This document shows, piece by piece, positions 6,350 to 11,419 of a stretch of DNA of 43,022 nt. Every line of letters begins with the position of its first letter. Positions within the stretch are counted from its first letter, which is position 1. Position numbers and translations under genes: made by a program. The stretch is from a virus. The stretch lies in IMG/VR virus record IMGVR_UViG_3300045988_043056. One strand, given 5' to 3'. Under the pieces are notes generated by a model, which was not told where the DNA came from, did not search any database, and was given only the letters and a program-made list of their open reading frames with translations.

Positions 6350-6529
6350 TCAGTTAACCAGTCTCGGTTTTTCCTCCCGCGTCCCTGTTCCCACGTCGGC
6401 CACGCAGGAGAACAGCAGCGGTGCACCCTCGATATAGTCCACCGAGAAGCTGTGCAGCCGTTTTAATTCCGCCCCGTCTATAATCACGCGGACCTTTCCG
6501 TTTTCGGAAATAATGTGGATAGATTGCAT
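6350..6529 (-). CDS. Small hypothetical protein (59 aa), convergent with the NYN gene, below the ORF-track cutoff
   Basis: Hand translation MQSIHIISENGKVRVIIDGAELKRLHSFSVDYIEGAPLLFSCVADVGTGTREEKPRLVN. The RBS is GGGGAGGG. Its stop is 1 nt from the NYN stop. Confidence 0.45.
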   Translation of the reverse strand: MQSIHIISENGKVRVIIDGAELKRLHSFSVDYIEGAPLLFSCVADVGTGTREEKPRLVN

Positions 6530-6568
6530 GGTGCGCCCTCCCCAATATTGTAGTTATTCTGTTTTGAC

Positions 6569-6603
6569 GAGCCGTGCCGGTTGTACCAGAACCGACACGG
6601 CTC
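6569..6603. promoter_or_regulatory. 14-bp-arm inverted repeat (operator- or structure-like)
   Basis: GAGCCGTGCCGGTT (6569-6582), a 7-nt loop, then AACCGACACGGCTC (6590-6603), with one mismatch. No U-run follows on either strand, so it is not a canonical terminator. Confidence 0.5.
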
Positions 6604-6695
6604 TATCGCAGATACCCGCAAATCACTTCGTCTGCTGCACCTCTATCGTAGCAGGAATGCCGGAGTTTGTCCACGCGCAGTTCTGCTTTTCCCGC

Positions 6696-6728
6696 GCAGC
6701 CGCTGCAAAAACAGCCTGCAGCCGCTGC
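6696..6728. promoter_or_regulatory. Two copies of the near-palindromic 11-mer GCAGCCGCTGC, 22 bp apart
   Basis: Copies at 6696-6706 and 6718-6728, upstream of the HTH-membrane gene. Confidence 0.4.
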
Positions 6729-6762
6729 GAATTCCGCACAAGCACGAAAGGAGCCGTGAGAA

Positions 6763-7347
6763 ATGACCGAATACCAGAAGCTGTACCCCAAATTTGAATC
6801 CTACCCCGAGGCCGTCCGTCAGGCAAAGCGTCTCAAGGGCCTCACCATCGACGCGCTGGTCGAATCGGCCGGCGTTTCCTATTCCTCCGTATCCCGCCTC
6901 TGCGACGGCACGCAGCTCGATCCCAAGCTCTATAATTCCGTTGCCCTCTGCAAAGTCCTCGGTCTTTCCATGGACGAGATTTTCGGTCTATCCGCGTCCG
7001 AGGCCAGCGTCGAGGAATTGCAGTCGAAGCTCCACGCCGCCGAGTTGGAAAACGCCCACCTTGCCGAGGAAACCAAGCGTCTGCACGAGGTCAACCGCCT
7101 CCGCGCCGAGCAGCTTGCCGCCCGCGCCCCCGTTATCTATATTCTTCTCTTTGCCTGCGCGCTCCAGTCCTGCGCCTTGATCTTTTATCTGTTCGTCGAT
7201 GCGCAGATCAAGGATGCCGGCCTCATCCGCTTCGGCGATGTCGGCCTTGTCGCGTGGCTTCTGATCTTCCTTGTCCTCTCCGCAACTTCCGCCTGCGTCT
7301 GGGCGACCATGCGCTTCGCCCGTAAATTCAGCAAAAAGGAGCGCTGA
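6763..7347 (+). CDS. Membrane-anchored XRE-type HTH protein (HTH, then coiled coil, then two TM helices)
   Basis: LKGLTIDALVESAGVSYSSVSRLCDGTQ is the HTH. ELQSKLHAAELENAHLAEETKRLHEVNRLRAEQLAA is the coiled coil. VIYILLFACALQSCALIFYLFV and VGLVAWLLIFLVLSATSACVWA are the TM helices. The stop lies 2 nt before the integrase ATG. Confidence 0.8.
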   Translation: MTEYQKLYPKFESYPEAVRQAKRLKGLTIDALVESAGVSYSSVSRLCDGTQLDPKLYNSVALCKVLGLSMDEIFGLSASEASVEELQSKLHAAELENAHLAEETKRLHEVNRLRAEQLAARAPVIYILLFACALQSCALIFYLFVDAQIKDAGLIRFGDVGLVAWLLIFLVLSATSACVWATMRFARKFSKKER

Positions 7348-7349
7348 CC

Positions 7350-8399
7350 ATGTACATCCCCGATCCGAAAGAAACCCCCTCCGGCTGGCGCATCCAGCTC
7401 CGCATCAACGGCCAGTCTATCCCCGTGCTGGCCGACACGCCCAAGGAGTGCAAGCGTCAGGCCGCACTTATCAAGGCGCAGGCGCAGGCCGCCGGAAAGC
7501 CCGTCAAAAAATGCGACCTCACCCTCTCTCAGGCCATTGATGCCTATATCGCCGAGCGCAGTAACACGCTTTCCCCCTCTACCGTTCGCGGCTATCGCAT
7601 CATCCAGCGCACACGCTTCCAGTCCACCATGCCGCGCGTACTCTCCCGCATCAGCCCCTCCGAATGGCGCGGCATCGTCAATGACGAGCTGGGCATCGTC
7701 TCCCGAAAGACCGTCAAAAACGCATGGGCTTTCATCAAGTCCGTTCTATCTGCACAGGGCATCGACGTTGACAATGCAGTCAAGGTCTCGCAGCCCCGAA
7801 AAAAGCGCGACGCGAACTGGCTGGAGCCGGACGAAATCAAGAAATTTGTCGCAGCCGCCGCAGACGATCCGCTCTGCGTTCCCATGCTTCTGGCCCTTAT
7901 GTCCATGCGTATCTCCGAGATCGATGCGCTCCGCTGGGAGAATATCAACCCCCACGCCGATTTTATCCACACCACCGGTGCACGCATCCGCAATGAGAAT
8001 AACGAGTATGTCCTCAAAGCCGAGCAAAAGAATCTGGAATCCGACCGAAACGTTCCCCTGCTGATTCCCGAGCTTCGCGCGGCCATCCTCCGTGACTGGA
8101 AGCCGGAGGGCAAGGTCCTTTCCGTTTGCCAGACAACCCTTCGCTGCGCGGTCGAGCGCACCTGTGCGCGTGCCGGTGTTCGGCGCGTCACCGTTCACCA
8201 GCTCCGTCACAGCTTCGCCTCCCTTTCCGCGCATCTCCGCATCCCCGCCGAAATTTCCATGGAGATCGGCGGCTGGAACAATGACAAAATCATGAAAGAG
8301 ATTTACACCCACATTGCCCGCTCCGACATTGAGCGCTATAAAAACGAGATGTGGAACTTCTACAACAGTACACCCGCCGCACCGCCCGAAAACGCATAA
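7350..8399 (+). CDS. int: Tyrosine integrase (phage integrase family)
   Basis: An N-terminal SAM-like region is followed by LALMSMRISEIDALRWENI (box I Arg), HQLRHSFASL (HxxR) and GGWNNDKIMKEIYTHI (catalytic Tyr). Confidence 0.95.
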   Translation: MYIPDPKETPSGWRIQLRINGQSIPVLADTPKECKRQAALIKAQAQAAGKPVKKCDLTLSQAIDAYIAERSNTLSPSTVRGYRIIQRTRFQSTMPRVLSRISPSEWRGIVNDELGIVSRKTVKNAWAFIKSVLSAQGIDVDNAVKVSQPRKKRDANWLEPDEIKKFVAAAADDPLCVPMLLALMSMRISEIDALRWENINPHADFIHTTGARIRNENNEYVLKAEQKNLESDRNVPLLIPELRAAILRDWKPEGKVLSVCQTTLRCAVERTCARAGVRRVTVHQLRHSFASLSAHLRIPAEISMEIGGWNNDKIMKEIYTHIARSDIERYKNEMWNFYNSTPAAPPENA

Positions 8400-8420
8400 G
8401 CATTTTCATAAGCATTTACT
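8395..8420. repeat. CATAAGCAT x2, plus copy 1 of the 16-bp direct repeat TTCATAAGCATTTACT
   Basis: CATAAGCAT at 8395-8403 and 8407-8415. The 16-mer at 8405-8420 recurs at 8636-8651. These are candidate integrase arm-type sites. Confidence 0.6.
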
Positions 8421-8516
8421 GTTCCCGAACCCGATATTTTCTTTCCCGTTCCCTGTTATTTCGCTCCCATATCTGGGACTTTCAAAGCCCCGTTTCCCCT
8501 TGCAAATACAAGAAAA

Positions 8517-8543
8517 GCCCTGCAAACGTACTGTTTGCAGGGC
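8517..8543 (+). terminator. Hairpin downstream of int
   Basis: GCCCTGCAAAC, GTACT, GTTTGCAGGGC forms a perfect 11-bp stem. TTCACTATTT follows. Confidence 0.5.
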
Positions 8544-8552
8544 TTCACTATT

Positions 8553-8582
8553 TGGTGCCGGTGGCGGGGGTCGAACCCCACC
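8553..8582 (-). other. tRNA/tmRNA 3'-end-like fragment: putative attP core
   Basis: In minus sense: GGTGGGGTTCGACCCCCGCCACCGGCACCA. This contains the T-loop TTCGACC, the T-stem 3' arm CCCGC, the acceptor arm CACCGGC, the discriminator A and CCA. The matching 5' T-stem arm and the rest of a tRNA are absent, as expected for an attP core rather than a gene. Confidence 0.55.
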
Positions 8583-8600
8583 TATACGCTCTTAAAATCC

Positions 8601-8651
8601 AGTGTTTTCAATGCTTTTATGAAACCGCAAGCAATTTCATAAGCATTTACT
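8601..8651. repeat. Inverted copy (ATGCTTTTATGAAA) plus copy 2 of the 16-bp direct repeat
   Basis: 8601-8614 is an imperfect reverse complement of 8635-8646. The 16-mer at 8636-8651 is identical to 8405-8420. Together these flank the tRNA-like core. Confidence 0.6.
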
Positions 8652-9027
8652 CTCTTCCGATGCTCTCCATGCACCGCCGGATCGCATCTCTCGACGCATC
8701 GTCCTCAGCACAGCGCATCAGCTCTTCGAGCTTTTCCTTCATGTCTGCGCCTCGGCTATAATGCCCGCGTACATAATGCGCACCGCTTCGCCCGTAGGAG
8801 CTGCCGCGCCCGTAGGTGCCTCGCATGTCAGCCTGCCATTCGCCGTCTCGGCTGTATCCCTCGCGGCTATAGCCATTTTCGGAGCGTCCCTCGCGCATCA
8901 TGATCTTGTCGATGTTCTTGACCGTGCTTGCCAGCTTGTGCAGCACGTCCAGATCGCCCGCGCTCAGATTTTCCTTGCGGGAATACCGTTCCAGCTCCTC
9001 GCAGAGCTTTTCTCTCAGTTCGTACAT
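8647..9027 (-). CDS. Hypothetical protein with a Y/G/S/R-rich centre
   Basis: Helical ends (MYELREKLCEELERYS...; MKEKLEELMRCAEDDASRDAIRRCMESIG) surround GYSREGYSRDGEWQADMRGTYGRGSSYGRSGAHYVRGHYSRG. It is the last gene before attP. The RBS is AAAGGAGGAAGG. Confidence 0.6.
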   Translation of the reverse strand: MYELREKLCEELERYSRKENLSAGDLDVLHKLASTVKNIDKIMMREGRSENGYSREGYSRDGEWQADMRGTYGRGSSYGRSGAHYVRGHYSRGADMKEKLEELMRCAEDDASRDAIRRCMESIGRE

Positions 9028-9041
9028 TGTCCTTCCTCCTT

Positions 9042-9464
9042 TCAGGAAATCCGGTCAACGGTCATGTTGGAGTTTGCGAAGCTGACCGCCTGTGCGCTGG
9101 TGTTCTTCATCGCCACCGTCACGCAGCAGCCCTTCGGCACCTCCACAATCGCGCTGACGTAGATATTGAAATAGTTCTCCACGGCTGCCGGTGTCACGAT
9201 TGCCGTCGCGCTGTTCAGTGCCTCGCCGTTGATTGCCAGTGCTGCGGTGATGGCCTCCACCGTTCCGCCGGTCGGAATCGCAATGTTCGCGCCGAACGCC
9301 ACGCGGAATCTCGCCTTGCACTGCTGTGTCAGTCCCCGCAGCGTGACGATCCCGGCACCCTCTCTGTGAACGATGCACGGCTTACCGGTGACCGCCGTTT
9401 CCGTCAGCGGCACATTCTGCCCTGCTGCCACGCTCACGATATTTGCATTTGTAAATTCTGCCAT
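9042..9464 (-). CDS. All-beta protein, C1q/TNF-like (BclA C-terminal-domain-like) by pattern
   Basis: 140 aa. RFRVAFGANIAIPTGGTVEAITAALAINGEALNSATAIVTPAAVENYFNIYVSAIVEVPKGCCVTVAMKNTSAQAVSFANSNMTVDRI resembles the strand pattern of BclA-CTD/C1q jelly rolls. The RBS is GAGAGGAGAA. It is preceded by its own terminator. Confidence 0.5.
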   Translation of the reverse strand: MAEFTNANIVSVAAGQNVPLTETAVTGKPCIVHREGAGIVTLRGLTQQCKARFRVAFGANIAIPTGGTVEAITAALAINGEALNSATAIVTPAAVENYFNIYVSAIVEVPKGCCVTVAMKNTSAQAVSFANSNMTVDRIS

Positions 9465-9480
9465 TTGTTAATTCTCCTCT

Positions 9481-9513
9481 CAAATAAAACTACGGCGGGA
9501 CGATTGCCCCGCC
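9481..9513 (-). terminator. Intrinsic terminator (minus strand) between 9584..10297 and 9042..9464
   Basis: In minus sense: GGCGGG, 8 nt, CCCGCC, then GTAGTTTTATTTG. Confidence 0.6.
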
Positions 9514-9583
9514 GCGTCGCGTCAGTATCCGCATGGGGCGGACCATTTTCGTGAGTTCACGAAAAAGCTGAAATGTTTGGTTG

Positions 9584-10297
9584 TCAGGCGCAGCTTCCGC
9601 AGCCCGCGTACTGGAACGGTGCCGGAACGCTGAAGGCCGGAACCGGGCGCGGATTGTTGAGCGCAAACTGGCTTCCGATGTAGCTCTTGAGGCCGTCCGT
9701 CTGCACCGCCTGCGAGGCCGCAAGCTGATAGCCGAACAGAAGCTGATTCTGCTCTGCGATCTTCGCGTCCTTCGCGGCCATCTCCTGCGCGGTCAGTCTC
9801 TGCTCGATGCCGCGCATCCCGCAGTTGAACGCCTCGATGATGTCGCGGGTGTTGTTCTGCATCAGGTTGCGCGTCTGGCAGTCCTGTGTTGCCATGTCGT
9901 ATCGCACCTGTGCGATGGCCTCGCGGTTTTCGCAGCAGCAGTTGGAAATCTGCTGCTGCAGCGCAAAGAGCTGCTGCATGAACTGCATCTGCGCGTTGCA
10001 CCGTGCCAGCTCTGCGGCCGAGAAGCCGTCCTTGATGCTGTTGTTCAGCGCGAAGGTGCTGTCGCAGATCCCGTTGTTGATGCCGTCGAGCTTGCGTTCG
10101 ATGTTTGCGAAGTCGGAAGCCAGCACATAGCCGTCCGAAACGCCGCCGTTGTTCCCGCCGAAGCCGTTGCGGCCCCAGCCGAACAGGAACAGCACGATGA
10201 TCCAGATCCAGCTGTCTCCGAACATTCCGCCGCCGTATCCGTTATAGGCCGGCTGCACGGGCATCGTCACCATGGGGTTTCCTTCCTGAAAAGACAT
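9584..10297 (-). CDS. Membrane-anchored Gly- and Cys-rich protein, unknown function
   Basis: The N-terminus has GYGGGMFGDSWIWIIVLFLFGWGRNGFGGNNGG (a TM helix flanked by Gly runs). The Q/N-rich body carries Cys clusters (ISNCCCENRE, ATQDCQ, FNCGMRG, and a C-terminal YAGCGSCA). Confidence 0.6.
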   Translation of the reverse strand: MSFQEGNPMVTMPVQPAYNGYGGGMFGDSWIWIIVLFLFGWGRNGFGGNNGGVSDGYVLASDFANIERKLDGINNGICDSTFALNNSIKDGFSAAELARCNAQMQFMQQLFALQQQISNCCCENREAIAQVRYDMATQDCQTRNLMQNNTRDIIEAFNCGMRGIEQRLTAQEMAAKDAKIAEQNQLLFGYQLAASQAVQTDGLKSYIGSQFALNNPRPVPAFSVPAPFQYAGCGSCA

Positions 10298-10353
10298 TTC
10301 GCTTTTTCTCCTTTCTCAAGTATTTATATCAATTCGTGGCCACGAGATTGATC

Positions 10354-10569
10354 TCACAAAAAAGCCCGGAACTGCTGCGCCATTTCCTGAAGCTGGTCAA
10401 GCTGCTGCTGATTGATTTTCCCGGACTGCACCAGCTTCATGACCTCCGCTTTCGGGTCTCCCTGAAAACTCGCCTGAAACTGTCGGAAATCCTGTACCAT
10501 CTTCTGAAACTGTCCCATCTGGCCGCCCATGCGATTCCCGCCGAGCTGCTGAAATAAGCTATTGCTCAT
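10354..10569 (-). CDS. Small Q-rich hypothetical protein
   Basis: 71 aa: MSNSLFQQLGGNRMGGQMGQFQKMVQDFRQFQASFQGDPKAEV...QQQLDQLQEMAQQFRAFL. Confidence 0.5.
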   Translation of the reverse strand: MSNSLFQQLGGNRMGGQMGQFQKMVQDFRQFQASFQGDPKAEVMKLVQSGKINQQQLDQLQEMAQQFRAFL

Positions 10570-10936
10570 CCCGCTTTCCCTCCATCAGCGCCGATATTCT
10601 CTCCTCCAGTGCCTTCAATTCTTCCCGTGTCGCGTATTCCTCCGGCTTTTTCTTCGGCTGCTCGTTTCTCTCCGTGTAGTCGAAGATTCTGAGCGGCATC
10701 GGCATTCCGCTCTGGTCTGTCGATTTGATGTAGAACGAATGCTTTTCGCTGTCCATCAGCAGCACGGAGTTCCCCGCCGCCACCATATAGGCTTTTGCTC
10801 CTTCTTCGCCCTGCACCCAGATCACGCCGTTTTGCGTCGTCGCCTGCTGCGTCGGCTGGTATTGCTGCCGCATCTGCATCAGATTGTCCTGCATCGGTGC
10901 AGGATAGTACGGATTTCCGTAGTATGGGTATGGCAT
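10559..10936 (-). CDS. Hypothetical protein (Y/P/Q-rich N-terminus plus beta-rich core)
   Basis: I place the start at ATG 10934-10936 behind AAAGGAG. MPYPYYGNPYYPAPMQDNLMQMRQQYQPTQQ...GVIWVQGEEGAKAYMVAAGNSVLLMDSEKHSFYIKSTDQSGMPMPLRIF. The longer ORF-track version is an RBS-less upstream extension. Confidence 0.6.
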   Translation of the reverse strand: MPYPYYGNPYYPAPMQDNLMQMRQQYQPTQQATTQNGVIWVQGEEGAKAYMVAAGNSVLLMDSEKHSFYIKSTDQSGMPMPLRIFDYTERNEQPKKKPEEYATREELKALEERISALMEGKRDEQ

Positions 10937-10937
10937 T

Positions 10938-11324
10938 TTAATTGCTCCTTTCCTTTTCCCAGAAGTAGATCGGCGTTTCGCCGCTGGAATCCCAGCTATC
11001 AAACAGCTTTCCGTCCTCCACGCACACCGCGTGGCCGGACAGCGCCAGAATGAACGTCCCCGTCGGGTGCTCCTGCGCAAAATCCGCTACCGTGTAGCAC
11101 TCCGGGCAGTCCTCCCGCACAAGGCTGCGCCGGAATCCTTGCTTCTTCAGGTACGCGCCCCACACGGCATTGCTTGACGGCATGTCCGCTGCCAGATTCC
11201 CCTCGATGCAAAGTCCCCAGTAAACGCTGTCCCAGTCCTTGCCGGTCGCCTTGGCGATTGCCCGCACCGTGCAGTCTCCGACCGCTTTCCCCCTCGGATT
11301 CGGCTGAAAATACGAATATGCCAT
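10938..11324 (-). CDS. Putative papain-fold (Cys-His) peptidase-like protein
   Basis: I place the start at ATG 11322-11324 behind AGAGGTG. MAYSYFQPNPRGKAVGDCTVRAIAKATG carries a candidate nucleophile Cys. ILALSGHAVCVEDGKLFDSWDS carries a candidate His/Asp. Confidence 0.55.
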   Translation of the reverse strand: MAYSYFQPNPRGKAVGDCTVRAIAKATGKDWDSVYWGLCIEGNLAADMPSSNAVWGAYLKKQGFRRSLVREDCPECYTVADFAQEHPTGTFILALSGHAVCVEDGKLFDSWDSSGETPIYFWEKERSN

Positions 11325-11375
11325 ACTGAACACCTCTTTTCTGTGTCCAGTATGGCATATTTCCGTTTTCATTGT

Positions 11376-11419
11376 GGGTCACTTAGGGGTCATTTAGGGG
11401 TCACTTGCGGGTCAACTCC
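11376..11419. repeat. 11-bp tandem repeat x4 (GGGTCAYTTRS)
   Basis: GGGTCACTTAG, GGGTCATTTAG, GGGTCACTTGC, GGGTCAACTCC. The last unit overlaps the stop codon (11412-11414) of the giant ORF. Confidence 0.9.

Noticed and set aside
6530-6560. A sigma-70 promoter for the 59-aa minus-strand ORF, with TACAAT 15 nt upstream of its ATG.
   Set aside because: The -10-like hexamer has no acceptable -35 at 16-18 nt and no TG extension. It is too weak to report as a feature, and the gene's transcription source remains unknown.
8553-8640. A complete tRNA gene on the minus strand downstream of int.
   Set aside because: Only the T-loop, T-stem 3' arm, acceptor 3' arm and CCA are present. No GCCGGTG 5' acceptor arm, D-arm or pairable anticodon stem could be found. 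The phage-side T-stem partner (GTGGG/TGGGG) does not pair with CCCGC. I treat it as an attP core.
11376-11419. A CRISPR-like array. The same question applies to the 15-bp arrays at 1-55 and 42951-43022.
   Set aside because: The repeats are contiguous with no spacers and are only 11-15 bp long. The 15-bp array is in-frame coding sequence.
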